Source of the DNA: Octopus bimaculoides
Lineage: Eukaryota
Length of the DNA stretch: 64,000 bases
NCBI RefSeq assembly: GCF_001194135.2
Contig: NC_068985.1
Coordinates: 122,191,052-122,255,051, forward strand
Direction: 5' to 3'
A model generated the notes under the pieces. The model was not told the DNA's origin, did no database searches, and was given only the letters and a program-made list of their open reading frames with translations. The translations under genes were made by a program, and so were the position numbers. Shown piece by piece: positions 1 to 13,150 of this stretch; the first letter of the stretch is position 1, and each line of letters starts with the position of its first letter.

Positions 1-584
1 TTACAAAAATAATAAAAAAAGGAAAAGTAAATGACCATCCCCAAATTTAACAACATATAATATATATGAAACAAATGTATCATGCAGGGATTGAAAGAGA
101 GTGTAATTGAAATATAGTGATAGAGAATGAGGTGAAGAGATGTATGTGTCAAGCATCTGCTTAACAACAAAACGGCTGTGCTGTATCTATAATGTCAGAA
201 AGGAGAGGGAAAATATCACTGTCATTTGTTTCAAATAAATTTTCTGATACTGAAAACAGTTACAAAAGTAGCAAGCAGAACAACTGCTAAGTGACAAAAC
301 CAATGAAGAATCCCCTAGTTTGACACTTTGTAAGTCAAGTAACTGCAACATCGGCAGCGCAGTCAACAAGAACAACAGCAACAGCATAATGGGAACATGG
401 GTGGATTGAACTGCCACCACCAATATTTTAACCACTTCAACAGCATCACCAAATTTTGATGACACCATCATTATGGCAACAACAACAAGGAAATACTGCA
501 AAGCTGTTTCAAACATTTCATTTATACCAGTAGACAGTGAATCATTTAGAAGGGCCCAAGACTTGGTCAATACACACATTATGT

Positions 585-1449
585 AGATATATCTACTACA
601 TATGTGGGAAATTCTGTCTGTGGGTGTGTTTGCAGAGTTGTTAGCTAATTCCTCCTACATCATTTTATCAATTTTGATGAAATTTGACACATGTGTAGAA
701 CTCATGTCTGGAAACCTCATGGCATACTTAGATTGTTGAAAAAAGTCGATAATAGTCCCCCTGGAAGGGATCCTTATATATATCTAATATATTGTATTTT
801 AACAGCCAAGGGAAATAACCTATGCATTTTCCTAAATTATTTGGTATAAATCAAATTGAGTATGCTTATTTCATAGTATTTGAACTGTTATCTCTGAAAA
901 ACAGGCATGAACTCACGCTATCACCTCTCCAAACAATGAGGAACTTTTGATGATATCTTCTTACATAAGGAAAATACTGGTGAAGATGAAGATCAAAGGT
1001 CATACCTATGCAACTGTGCTCCCAACGACTTTGTTTCCTGATAACTTTTAGGAAAATGGATATTTTTAATAGAATTTTCTAAAAATACATTATAGATGGT
1101 GTAGATTTCATTTATATCAGAATTTAATGTGAAAAAAAAGAAAACTGATGTGCACACACATACATACTGACACACATCACATTTAAAAAAAAAATTCAAG
1201 TTTCATTTTGTAGATATATATGGGATGTGTCAGAATGTATGTGCGCTCACCCAACATTGCTTTTTTGTTTTTTTCAAATCAAATTCCAATATATTCAGAA
1301 TCTTCACCATCTGTTAAGTATTTTTAGAAAATCTTATTAAAAATGCCCACTTTTTCTGGAAGTTATGAGGAAACAAAGTCGGGGAGAGTGATGCATTTTC
1401 ACATGCCTGTGAAAGCTGTTTCACCAGAATAAACATAACGTCCTTGCTA
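585..1449 (+). mobile_element. Possible non-autonomous Helitron-like repeat
   Basis: The 5' part (atctactacatat...gtctgtgggtgtg...attttgatgaaatttgacac) resembles non-autonomous Helitron starts, and a CTAG lies near 1446-1449. No clear 3' hairpin, so the boundaries are uncertain. Confidence 0.3.
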
Positions 1450-2354
1450 GTCGCCATAAAAAGTGATGAAGATGTGAAAAGCATCCCAATAGAGCAACAT
1501 TTTACTAGGAGAGGAGATGGTTAGTTATTGGCATGAAGACACAAACAGAACTTGAAGATATTGAGAAAATACACGACCACCTCATACTCTTAAATAGTAT
1601 GAAGCTGTTAGTAGTAGTGGGTGGTAGAAAACCGAGATGCCATATATGCAGTGCCACTACATATCTAAAAGCTTCTGTCCACAAAAACAGCAGACATATG
1701 GCAGCCTTGTACTCCTTCCACTGCACGACCAAAACAAAAGCATGAACAATAACGAAACCAACACAAAAAAGAACAAAAAACACAATAAAAAAGCTGAAAC
1801 CGCAGCAGTTGCAAAAGCAGAATAAAGAACAAAATAACAACAGAAGCAATCGAAACTCCAACTAAAGCAACAAGACCATCAGACATCTCTAGAATGACAA
1901 GAGAACTTGCAATCAAATTCTACTCAAAAGGAAACAACCAAACAATAATTTTCCTGCAAAACACAAAAACAGCCATATTCACAGTCCTACACTCACTTTC
2001 CTCTTCAGCTATCACAGAACAGAGCTGGCTTGAAGTGAGAGCTAGTGTAATCAAAGAAGTGCCAGACATTTCCCAAGATCACAGCTCACTGATATACACA
2101 CAATCATGAACTTAATGATGACGACAACAACAACTTTAACAACTCAAATGAAAATCAAAGATACAACCATGTTACAAAGAAAAAGAGAGGAAAAATCTCG
2201 ATCACAAGAAAGTACATTGGATTGGCCCTCCTACATCAACTTCACTGTTGTTTGGAAGAGCAACACTGAATTAACAGAAGATGTGATCAATAATAAGAAT
2301 ATTCACACCAATGGGAGAGGTTTAGGACCATCCACCCAACAGAAGTCTTTATAA
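1440..2354 (+). mobile_element. Decayed L1/Tx1-like LINE, ORF1 and start of ORF2
   Basis: Broken frames give VVVGGRKPRCHICSATTYLKAS (degenerate gag-like CCHC knuckle), then a K/N/T-rich linker. NKNIHTNGRGLG resembles the N-x-RGL start of an APE endonuclease. Confidence 0.5.
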
Positions 2355-2644
2355 AAACTGACTCACAAACATCAGCCTAAAATAGTTACCCTTTTAACGT
2401 TAACTTTTTAGAAAAACTATCAATTGCATGTAACAAACTTCAGTTTGACATTTTCCCTGAACCAATGACGAGGACAGATCTAGTGTCCTTCTTTGAGGCC
2501 AGGGGGAATAAACTCACCGTTTTCTTTCTGTGACAAACATGGCTGCATTGAGAGTGGGATTTGTACATGAAGTGGTCAGCTTGGAAGCGAAATCACTTGC
2601 TCAATTATTTCAAGTCACTAGGCATAGATATGGTAGCCATCAGC

Positions 2645-2960
2645 TGATAAACTGACTCGTCCCACACACGATAGAAGTCGTTCGACATAAGCCCACAGGT
2701 CGGAAATGGTGGGACACCGTACGAGTGCGTGCAGAGCGGTTTCGTCGCTCTGTCCACATCTCGGGCAGGTTGACCCCGTATTTCTCGAGTCGTGCCTGTA
2801 GAGCTTATCCCAATAGCACTGTCAGGCCAGGGATCTCTGGAAGTTGTCCATAGGTCCCGGCCCGAAAGTCGTCTTGAACAAGCGGGTCAGGTATTCCTCG
2901 TCGACGCCCAGGTTCATCCAAGATCGTCGTCGTACCTCCCCTCCACTAATCCCCTATAAA
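2645..2960 (-). mobile_element. L1/Tx1-clade LINE ORF2 C-terminal fragment (CCHC zinc knuckle)
   Basis: Manual minus-strand translation gives MDNFQRSLA*QCYWDKLYRHDSRNTGSTCPRCGQSDETALHALVRCPTISDLWAYVE. This is the CxxC-ET-H-C motif of L1/Tx1 ORF2, with an in-frame stop. GC- and CpG-rich relative to its flanks. Confidence 0.75.
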
Positions 2961-3429
2961 ATGCTTTGGTTGTGTTGCATTCGCTCAAGGTCGACCCGGG
3001 ACAGCATAGTTGCTCGAGAGCAACGCGACACTCGTGGTGAAAACACAGTAACACATTTTGTAATTTCATAATTAATTTGAATACATTTAGTGATACCTAC
3101 CAAATTGTCCTTTTTTCTCTGAACATTCTACAAATTTTGAGAACTAATGTCACCCTGCAGGAAATGCTTCTTCCTGCTGTCATATCTAGCGTTCAAAAAA
3201 CACCACCACTTGTTGAATATACATTTACTAAGGTCTGTGGTTATTGCAGGAAGGTTAAATTGTCTGAGGTAGCTTTAAAAGAACAAGAAACTATACTTTA
3301 TTCACAACACACAAGTTTAAATAGCAAGGTGAATACCGAGAGAATCCCAATGCTATCTCGTAAGCTACTATGCAGCTGTTAGTCGCCAGAAGTAAAAAGG
3401 AAAAAAATGGGACGATACATTGGATAATG

Positions 3430-4075
3430 GGATCCTGTTCAAAACGGGGGCACCAGTATTTTCTTAACGAAACACTTTGAAACTTGGGACACTGGTAGAA
3501 TGTGTCATATAAAACATCTTTTTCTCTTAGTCTTCTTAACAAAAAAACCTACATCGCAAGTTATTTCATGTTAAAGTTGTCGTATTTCTGTAATTTCAAC
3601 CAATGACTGACGTCCATTCAGCCGGATATTATTAAATGCTGACTATGTAAACAAATGATGGCTGAAGCATATTGGCAGTAGGGTTAGGGTTAGGGTTAGG
3701 CAGTAGCTAATAAACCTTTCATACAGTTCAGGCAGATGTTAACGAAATAAACACGCGTGAAAGAAAATGAAAAAAGCAAATGTTGTACACATACAGTTCA
3801 GGCAGATGTTAACGAAATTATAAATGGAGATTAAATACGCTTTACACCGCTTAAACTTCCAAAGGAGTAAGTGTAAACAGCTGAATACTTGTCAGTGATT
3901 GGTTGAAATTATCGAAATAAGACAATTTTTTACATGAAATAAATTCGAATACAAAATTTTTTTTCTGTTCTATAACACAAAATAGATAAGTATACGAAGT
4001 TTGAAAGTCTTTCGGTACCCAAAACACTACATAAAACATTAATGAACACTGGTGCCCCCGTTTTGAACAAGATCC
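3430..4075. mobile_element. MITE with ~28-bp TIRs and an 8-bp TSD (GGATAATG)
   Basis: Left end GGATCCTGTTCAAAACGGGGGCACCAGT; right end ACTGGTGCCCCCGTTTTGAACAAGATCC. GGATAATG occurs at 3422-3429 and 4076-4083. Confidence 0.9.
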
Positions 4076-4554
4076 GGATAATGGAGTCCTACATACGTTA
4101 CCTCTGAAAGAAAAAGACAGGTTTTAATTTAAGTTCGATTTAATCGAACAAATGACTGTCCGCACACTGGTGAATAAAAATTGCTGAATTGTCGTGTGAA
4201 GTGAATTAAGTTTGTGGTTTATAGCATAGAAGCATAAAACTGCTGCTGATTGGTTATGAATGTGTACATGCATATGGTGTGTGTGTGTAGGGGCGAGCAC
4301 GCGTGTATGTGTGTGCAAGTGTAAGTATGTATATAAATGCATATATTTATATGAGTATATATATATGCGTGTGTGGTGCCTCTTGTTACCCAGTACAACC
4401 ACCTCTATGGTCCACAGCCAAGCCTGCTTGAGTGAGTAGGGTGGTTTTAGAACACTTGGGATGTCCAGTGGCATGTATTTGAACACAAAAATATGCAGGT
4501 ATATCAAATACCATACAACATAAATTCTTGGATTATTAACATTATCTCTGCCTT

Positions 4555-5000
4555 GAGAAAATATAACATAATTATCAAATGGCAGTTAAGGACCAGTGCT
4601 ACTTAAAGAGGGGAGATAATCTCAAGAATAAAGAATTTTCCAAAGTTGATATGCCATTAAGAAAAAGGAGAATCAAATTGTCTTTCAGACAGTCATGGAT
4701 AAGAATTTATGTTGTATGATGTTCGATATACCTCTGTTTGCCTAAATTGTTCAGATATATCCCACCAGCCACTGAGATATCTCTCTTAGTTCATTTTTGT
4801 TTAAACTGCTTTTTCTCTATCAGTCTACGAGCCTTGGCTACTAAAGATAAGTTTGGATCATTGTAGTGATTTCGGTTATTGAGTCAGAAACGCATGTACA
4901 CAACTATGCTGTTATCTCCAGGCATTAAATAAGTTCTTTTCTTTAATGGTATGTCAACCTTGTGAAGGTACATGGTATAGGAAAGTTGGTTATACATCAT
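4555..5000 (+). mobile_element. Penelope-like pLTR remnant with a degenerate hammerhead
   Basis: Has the GAAACGCATGTA motif near 4885-4897, but the CUGANGA core has decayed. An inverted homolog of its 5' part lies at ~5915-6030. Confidence 0.4.
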
Positions 5001-5396
5001 TAGATGTATACCTGACTTTCCTATATAAAATTAAGAATATAACGGAACGCTGAACTCCAGACTATCAACTTAAACAACATTTATTCAGGTGGTAAATATA
5101 TACATCTTTAGCTCTTGTTTGTTGTTACAGCTTCTGTGTGTGTGAGCATAGTTGTTGGGACGTTGTTATGTAGATGTGAGCGAGCTGTTGAGTGTAAGTC
5201 CAAAAGATGGAGAGTGACAGCTATACACGTAACGAGACTGTCTCCAGGTTGGAATGTTGGAGACACTGCTTGACACGTCCATGCTCTATTGCTGGCCAGC
5301 AAGAAAGAGAATGAATTGAGCGGGAACGCTTGGTTGTTGAATTGCACGCATGCGTGAGACTACACATGCGCACAGCGTTACTACAATGGCTTAGTG

Positions 5397-5663
5397 CATG
5401 CATGGGCAACCTGCGGCCCACGACATGTTGTTGTGTTGCCCTCGACGAGTTTGTAGACTACTAGTTTCGTACTACGACAAATAAAATTTCATACTAAGAC
5501 AAATAAGCTTTCATAATAAAACAAATAAAATTAAGAAGAACTGCAAAAAATTCAGTGTAAAATGAGCAAGTAATATTTCATGCATGTGTTTTATCATGCG
5601 GCCCTCTCCCACTTAGAAATGGTACGATGCGGCCCCCAGTTGACGAGAAGTTGCCCATCTCTG
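5397..5663. mobile_element. hAT-type MITE inserted into a SINE head
   Basis: Ends are CATGCATGGGCAAC and GTTGCCCATCTCTG. The 8-bp TSD GCTTAGTG is at 5389-5396 and 5664-5671. Confidence 0.85.
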
Positions 5664-5910
5664 GCTTAGTGGTTAGGATATTCAGCTCACGATCGTAAGG
5701 TCATGGGTTCCATTTCAGCGATGTGTTGTGTCCTTGAGCAAGACAACTTATTTGACGTTGCTCAAATCCACTCAGCTGGCAAAAATGATTTGCACCTGTA
5801 ATTCAAAAGGCCAGCTTTACGCGTGTCTGTTGAGTGCTCAGCCAATTGCACATTAATTTCACAAACAGGCTATTCCGTTCACCATATCAACTGAAGCCCT
5901 TGTCGCCAGA
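5664..5910 (+). mobile_element. tRNA-derived SINE, family A (other copies ~22075-22370, ~33915-34140)
   Basis: A-box-like TGGCTTAGTGG and B-box-like GGGTTC, followed by the core GTGTCCTTGAGCAAGACA...CCACTCAGCTG shared by the other copies. Confidence 0.75.
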
Positions 5911-6129
5911 GTACCAGTTAAGATTTCACCATTGGAGAAGACTTGATTCTTGAGATTACCTGCCCCTATCAAGTAGAGCTAGTTTTAATTGCCATGAGAT
6001 AATTACAATATATCTTTTAGAAAATTTCACATATATATATATGTTGATACGCCATAAAGCTAAACTCTTCATGCACGGGGAACCTAGGGTAATCCCGTAA
6101 ACCAGCCTTCCCTGTGTAGAATGCTGAAA

Positions 6130-6265
6130 AGTAACACACGAGTTGATATGTATTAAGAAAATAAGACAAGGTAGAAAATGCTAAAATAATTTTATCATCA
6201 AATACATTTTGTAAATGTTAGTACCGGTTTCTGTTACAACCACAACAGGTCACTTGACCATTAAA
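6130..6265 (-). mobile_element. Penelope-like terminal fragment (homologs at ~7440-7535 + and ~23105-23190 -)
   Basis: All three share GAAACCGGTA...gataaaattat.ttagcattttctaccttg.ctt, a degenerate hammerhead 3' half plus tail. Confidence 0.45.
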
Positions 6266-6331
6266 GAAGATTCCACGGACAGCACTCATACTCCCGTCTT
6301 TTTCTTTTCTTTCTTCTTTTTCCTTTTCTTC

Positions 6332-6685
6332 GGATCTTGTTCAAAACGGGGGCACCAGTTTTCATTAATGTTTTTGGTACCAAAAGACTTTCAAACTTCG
6401 TATACTTATCTATTTTGTGTTATAGAACGGAAAAAATTTTTTGTATTCGAATTTATCTCATGTAAAAAATTGTCTTATTTCGATAATTTCAACCAATCAC
6501 TGACAAGTATTCAGCTGTTTACACTTACTCCTTTGGAAGTTTAAGCAGTGTAAAGTGTATTTAATCTCCATTTATAATTTCGTTAACATCTGCCTGAACT
6601 GTATGTGTACAACATTTGCTTTTTTCATTTTCTTTCACGCGTATTTATTTCGTTAACATCTGCCTGAACTGTATGAAAGGTTTAT
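6332..6685. mobile_element. Second copy of the GGATC-TIR MITE, inverted and truncated by the N gap
   Basis: Near-identical reverse complement of ~3712-4075. Confidence 0.9.
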
Positions 6686-7574
6686 NNNNNNNNNNNNNNN
6701 NNNNNNNNNNNNNNNNNNNNNNNNNNNNNNNNNNNNNNNNNNNNNNNNNNNNNNNNNNNNNNNNNNNNNNNNNNNNNNNNNNNNNNNNNNNNNNNNNNNN
6801 NNNNNNNNNNNNNNNNNNNNNNNNNNNNNNNNNNNNNNNNNNNNNNNNNNNNNNNNNNNNNNNNNNNNNNNNNNNNNNNNNNNNNNNNNNNNNNNNNNNN
6901 NNNNNNNNNNNNNNNNNNNNNNNNNNNNNNNNNNNNNNNNNNNNNNNNNNNNNNNNNNNNNNNNNNNNNNNNNNNNNNNNNNNNNNNNNNNNNNNNNNNN
7001 NNNNNNNNNNNNNNNNNNNNNNNNNNNNNNNNNNNNNNNNNNNNNNNNNNNNNNNNNNNNNNNNNNNNNNNNNNNNNNNNNNNNNNNNNNNNNNNNNNNN
7101 NNNNNNNNNNNNNNNNNNNNNNNNNNNNNNNNNNNNNNNNNNNNNNNNNNNNNNNNNNNNNNNNNNNNNNNNNNNNNNNNNNNNNNNNNNNNNNNNNNNN
7201 NNNNNNNNNNNNNNNNNNNNNNNNNNNNNNNNNNNNNNNNNNNNNNNNNNNNNNNNNNNNNNNNNNNNNNNNNNNNNNNNNNNNNNNNNNNNNNNNNNNN
7301 NNNNNNNNNNNNNNNNNNNNNNNNNNNNNNNNNNNAAAAAAAAAAAACAAAAAAAACGTCCTACGTATTTGAAGACTATGGAAATATTTACAAAACGTTT
7401 CATTTAATTTTTCCTTCAATTTAATTATTTTTTTTTTTTGTTTTATTCCTAGTCGAAAAGACTGAAACCGGTATTAATCCTTACAAACTGTATTTCATGA
7501 TAAAATTATCTTAGCATTTTCTACCTTGTCTTATATATATATAAACTTAGAAACTTAGATTTGTTTCGACCAAA

Positions 7575-8193
7575 GATTGGTCCAGGCCATGTCTAATTTA
7601 ATAGCACCACCTGATAGGATTATCTAAATCCATCCTTTTTACAGTCAAGTTTTCTTTATGGTCCATTCAAGTAATGAGTTCTTATTGAGTGAGTTGTATC
7701 CAGGTATGGGTGGCTTGTCTGATATTCTTTGAAGAAAGCTGTCTAGACTCCATTTAAAGCTGATAGGATCCTTTTCCTCTTTTATCTGTTTCAGGACAAT
7801 GTTAAACATAGCAGGGCCTGTTGAGGAAAAGAAATTATGCCGCAATGTACCTATTCGTTGTGATTCTGAATTGGGCAGGGGACGTATGGCTCGTGGTCCC
7901 AGCCTTGGATGAACCTTGAAACTAATGTTCAGGTCGTTTGGGCTATGCTGGCGGTATATTTTCCACATTGTACAAATGATGTACCGCTTGCGTTGGCGCT
8001 GGAGAGAGTAGAGCTTCAAGGCTTTAAGGCGGTCCCAGTAATCAGAGATCTGTCATGCCTTCAATTCGTTTGGTGAGTGCCCTCTGGGGTGATTCAATCC
8101 TCGAGATGTTTTGTTTTGTGTGGGGAGACCACAAGGGGCAGCAGTATTCGAGGTGTGGCCGTACAAAGGAGGAGAAAAGTGGAATGATGACAC
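7575..8193 (-). mobile_element. CR1-clade LINE 3' fragment
   Basis: ORF track gives KLYSLQRQRKRYIICTMWKI...GPAMFN...FKWSLDSFLQRISDKP, the typical CR1 RT C-terminus. Highly similar to 57455-57928. Confidence 0.85.
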
Positions 8194-8284
8194 CATGTAT
8201 ATATATATCCCGAGCGTTAAACTAATACATCTGTTTGTTGTTTACACACCCGTCTTCGTCTTTTGTTTTTTTGTAAATTCTCAC

Positions 8285-8317
<33 letters not shown>

Positions 8318-8823
8318 CAACACATATAGCTAGATAGTACATGTGTGTGTGCGTATTTGAAATCACTCTTAAGTCAGGCTCTTTAGGCCAGAGCTTATTT
8401 TAGTTCGCCAAAGTACTTGAGCGTCTGTCTGAGAGTCAATGCCATAGCGAGATTGTATGCCCTCAGGACAGTCCTTTAGTTCGATTTCTTTCGCAGGGCC
8501 CCGGCTGCCTCAGGACCACCTCCCATAGCTACGCTACAAATGAGAATACAAGATTGCCTCCTGGATGGTATGCGAATTCATCATAGGATTAACTTCCATT
8601 CAGCTGCCACTGGTACACACAGAGGCATATTGATGAGGTCACGTGTAGCAACAAAAGGTTTTTAATAAACAACTGATTGATTGTTTGACCCACTGATTAT
8701 GCAAGCGATTGATTAGTTGGTTAAATAACTAAATTAAATAATAAGGAAGCGAAAACGAACTTGTGCTTGTGTTTATTATCAGCGTAATGACCCTTCAAGA
8801 TACAACAAAGTCCGTGTGTCATC

Positions 8824-9190
8824 TTGTTTCAGTCATTGGATCGCGTCTATGCTGGGGCATTGCTATGAAGGGTTTTAGTCGAACAAATCAACCCCAGCAC
8901 TTATGTTTCTAAAGTCTGCTACTTCTACCGATTTCCTTTGCTGAACCGCTATGTTACGGGGACGTAAACAAACCAACACCGGTTGCCAAGCGGTGGTGAT
9001 GCAAACACATAGCTACACACACACATATATATATATATATACGACAGACTACCTCACAGTTTCCGCCAATCAAATTCATTCCTAAGGAATTGGTCGGCAT
9101 GAGGCTTGTACAAGGCACTTACTCTCGATGCTGCGTAGTGTGGATCTGAACCCGAAACGATGTGGTTGAAACGCGAGCTTCTTAACCACG
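8824..9190 (-). mobile_element. tRNA-derived SINE, family B (copies 9296-9425 +, 9437-9757 -, 20100-20500 +, 21915-22010 -, 29645-29995 +, 31240-31350 +)
   Basis: Shared layout: tRNA-like head (GTGGTAAGAAG...GGTTCAGT), then GGCAAGTGTCTTCTACTATAGCC...GGAAACTGAAAGAAG, a microsatellite, and the tail GGTGCTCCAGCATGGCC.CAGTC...TGACTGAAAC. Confidence 0.8.
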
Positions 9191-9263
9191 ATCATGCTTC
9201 ACCTAAAGTAAAGGATGCCTGCATGGAATCGAAATCACATCCTGTAAAGGGCGGGGATACCAC

Positions 9264-9295
<32 letters not shown>

Positions 9296-9759
9296 AACCA
9301 TATGGTTCCGGGTTCAGCCCCTCTGTGTAACACCTTAGGCAAGTGTCTTTTTCTATAGCCTCGGCGGGCTGACTAAAGCCTTATGAATGGATTTGGTAAA
9401 CGGAAACTGGAAGAAGCTCGTTATATATATATATATACTTGTTTCAATCATTTGACTGTGGCCATGCTGGTGCACCGCCTTTAGTCGAGCAAATCGACCC
9501 CAGAGCTCATTCTTTGTAAGTTTAGTACTTATTCTACCGGTCTTTTTTGCCGAACCGCTAAGTTACACACCAGCATCGGTTGTCAAGCGATGTTGGAGGA
9601 ATAAACACAGACACACACATATATATCCATATACGACGGGCTTCTTCCAGTTTCCGTCTACCAAATCCACTCACAAGGCTTTGGTTGGCCCGAGGCTATA
9701 GAAGACACTTGCCCAAGGTGTCACGCAGTGGAACTGAACCCAGGACCATGTGGTTGGTA

Positions 9760-9795
<36 letters not shown>

Positions 9796-10996
9796 AGGGA
9801 AAGAGAGATTAGATACTAACTCGTTGGAATGAATATAAATAGAAAATGGTAAATGTCCTCGTGTTAGGTTCATCTAGATGTTATCATAATTTAATCTATA
9901 TTCTCAATAATAGGTTGCTTACAGAACATAAAAAAAAGATAAAGACTACGTAAAAATTGCCGTTATATTGTTCTGTACACCTGAGATGCCAGCATATTTA
10001 TCAGTGCATGCTTAGATACACAAAGTCATGGCTCGGTTTATGAGCTAAGCGAAGTATATTGCCCATTTGATAAATTAAGTATCAGATACCTACAATCATT
10101 TGATCAATGAATTTTTTTTTTTTTATCATAATGGAGTCAGAAATACGTGATTGTTTAACCGTAACCAATTATTTTGATGTGTCGAATAGCCAAAATCTTT
10201 ACTGGAATTTTGAATATGAAAAGACAGTACATTTACATAAGTACACTATACAAACGTATGTATTATAAATAGTCAATTCTATTTGTTTGTTTTATATTCA
10301 AAATTCCAGTTATGACTAGCAATTCGACACATTTACCTAAATATGGCTGTATAAATTAAACAACCTCACACATCCTATTCCATTCTGATAAAAAAAAAAA
10401 TGCAATTAATTGGTTATAGCTATTTGGTACTCAATTTACCTACTGGCCAGTGTACTAGATACTTCGTTTACCTCATAAACTAGCCACTGAGTATAAAGAA
10501 GGTACTCTAAATCACATTTCTTCGTCTCTCTTATCGTTTGACGACTTTCCACGTGACTCCATTCCAGCATACTACAGCTAAGGCTGAATATTCGTGACCC
10601 TTTCTGTCCAGGGGAAAATGTAGGTCGGTCATTCGTTTAACGCATTGCCATTAACGCCAAGTTTTCCATTATTTTGTCTCTCTTGTTTTTCACTTTAAAT
10701 CTAATAAGTGATACATGTCCTTCTGCGTGTAAATCCATCTGCTGACCAACTGAACAGTTTATATTTATCATCATAAGCAATTTTCATTTCATTGTTAAGT
10801 TGTTAGAACAAAAAAAAAGACGATTTTGAGATAGGGAATGTCCTAGTTGCTTCGATAGAAAGACGTAGTGAAACAAAACGGATTGTAAATGTGTTAAAGG
10901 ATCTAGTTGTTTGTTTGATTATAATATTTTACTTTGGTTGACGATGGCAGAAGGTGTAAAAAGCATATCAATGACTTTTCTTTTTTTTTTTCGCAG

Positions 10997-11047
10997 TAGA
11001 CAGGACACCGGCGGAAGTAAGAAACTGTGCAAAAAGAGCAATCTATG
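10997..11047 (+). promoter_or_regulatory. Candidate non-coding exon or promoter-proximal site
   Basis: Poly-T plus CAG acceptor at 10995-10996, an ETS-like GCGGAAGT, and donor-like GTAAGA (11017) and GTGAGA (11048). Lies in CpG-retaining unique DNA. Confidence 0.3.
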
Positions 11048-11582
11048 GTGAGACAACTCTTATTTATGTTTGTTGAGTTGAGTCAGGGCCTGATAACAGA
11101 AGTAGTATGAGTAAACAAGACAAAGAGAGAGGCCCCTCTCTCTTTCTCTCTCCCCACTCTCTCTAAAAAATCTCTTAGTCAAAGTGAGAGAGAAAGATAT
11201 AGCAATAACAGAGAGAGAGAGAAAAGAGGAAGTAAAGTGGAGTGAGCAGTAAATGTGAGTGTGAAAAAGGAGAGAGAGAAATAAAGAACTGTAGGTTAAA
11301 TTATGGAAGGAGTTGAGTAGCGGCTGAGGATATTTGCTGTAAGGCACCCCACAAAACATAACACAATATGCCATAAATATACTCATATATCAGTGCCGAT
11401 TACAATTAATACTCGCATCTTGCTCTTTTCTTTATCATATATACTCGCTTACACTCACTCACTCACTTGCACACATAAAAACCCAACCTCACCACCACAC
11501 ATCACACTGAGGCAAAGCAGCGGGTTTTTTTTTGTCTGTTTCTATGAAAGGGGCCAATCTTATTCTTACAACGGCTTAAGTG

Positions 11583-11625
<43 letters not shown>

Positions 11626-12145
11626 NNNNNNNNNNNNNNNNNNNNNNNNNNNNNNNNNNNNNNNNNNNNNNNNNNNNNNNNNNNNNNNNNNNNNNNNNNN
11701 NNNNNNNNNNNNNNNNNNNNNNNNNNNNNNNNNNNNNNNNNNNNNNNNNNNNNNNNNNNNNNNNNNNNNNNNNNNNNNNNNNNNNNNNNNNNNNNNNNNN
11801 NNNNNNNNNNNNNNNNNNNNNNNNNNNNNNNNNNNNNNNNNNNNNNNNNNNNNNNNNNNNNNNNNNNNNNNNNNNNNNNNNNNNNNNNNNNNNNNNNNNN
11901 NNNNNNNNNNNNNNNNNNNNNNNNNNNNNNNNNNNNNNNNNNNNNNNNNNNNNNNNNNNNNNNNNNNNNNNNNNNNNNNNNNNNNNNNNNNNNNNNNNNN
12001 NNNNNNNNNNNNNNNNNNNNNNNNNNNNNNNNNNNNNNNNNNNNNNNNNNNNNNNNNNNNNNNNNNNNNNNNNNNNNNNNNNNNNNNNNNNNNNNNNNNN
12101 NNNNNNNNNNNNNNNNNNNNNNNNNNNNNNNNNNNNNNNNNNNNN

Positions 12146-12192
<47 letters not shown>

Positions 12193-13102
12193 TATATATA
12201 TAGGTAGGTGATTTAGAAAATTTACTATTACTATCAGCTTTCCCCCCTACCCCAGATTTTACTATCCTTGTTTAGATTTTGAAATAAACACGCTAGTCTC
12301 GAAATTATCCAATTTCATTTTTGTTTGTCAACCCCGACTATTTATATATTTCGTATTATATATAATAAGTTTTTTATAAAAAATTGTTTGACTATTAGTC
12401 AAAACTCTATCACTATGACAACAATATTCATAGAAAAATTATTATTACATAAACACGAATCTGCTATTTTTAGTGGAAAGATACGCGTAATTGTGAGCCT
12501 CATGCCTATCCCAAGGGCATTAGTTATCTGAGTGGTGTGGTTCCAACTAAATCGAAACCTGGTCGCGGACGAAACCTGTTCAATGTGATTTGTTAATTAT
12601 ATATCATCTCGTCATATGTTTTGAGGTGTGTTTCTGTCCAATCTTTGCTGGATATATTTATTTATGCCGATATTTATTTCTACTCTGTGTATGTCTGTGT
12701 GTATACTCATATACACACACACACGCACACACTTTATATTTAGAGATGTGAATGTTTGTACAAAATGTAAATGCTGTTTGACGGTTTCTCACGGCAATAT
12801 TTCTGGTAACACAGATATGAATCTATATTTCCAACTATGACTAAATGGCCGTGCTATATATATATATGATATGTAAATATATATATAAACCATATAGAAT
12901 TGAGTATGTGTCAATTAGATGATATCACCAGTCCTGGAACTGTGTGAGGTGGAGGACCTGTACCAAGTCGACGTATATGGGGATTTCTGTGTGCAGCCAT
13001 TCCTAGCAACATTGACTGCTGTATGTGTTAATGTGATGTGTATGTATGTGTGCTTGTGTATCTGCATGTTGTGTATACACACATACAAGTACGTATGTGT
13101 GA

Positions 13103-13150
<48 letters not shown>

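Noticed and set aside
187-590. 130-aa hydrophobic ORF and a plus-strand N/T/S-rich frame
   Set aside because: Low complexity, the plus frames contain stops, and no motif is recognisable. Possibly a decayed TE.
5664-5740. tRNA-like heads
   Set aside because: They are degenerate A/B boxes belonging to SINEs, with no complete cloverleaf.
6616-7419. Long ORFs spanning N runs (also 11393-12211, 23607-24130, 34562-35055, 48532-49224)
   Set aside because: Their length comes from assembly gaps and microsatellites.
7560-7600. Hammerhead-like GACCA-atctt-TGGTC-GAAAC on the minus strand
   Set aside because: It lacks the CUGANGA core and a stem I, so it is more simply a LINE 3' stem-loop.
12916-13020. 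Exon-like GC-richer segment (MISPVLELCEVEDLYQ...)
   Set aside because: No recognisable protein similarity and weak splice signals; it cannot be supported without RNA data.
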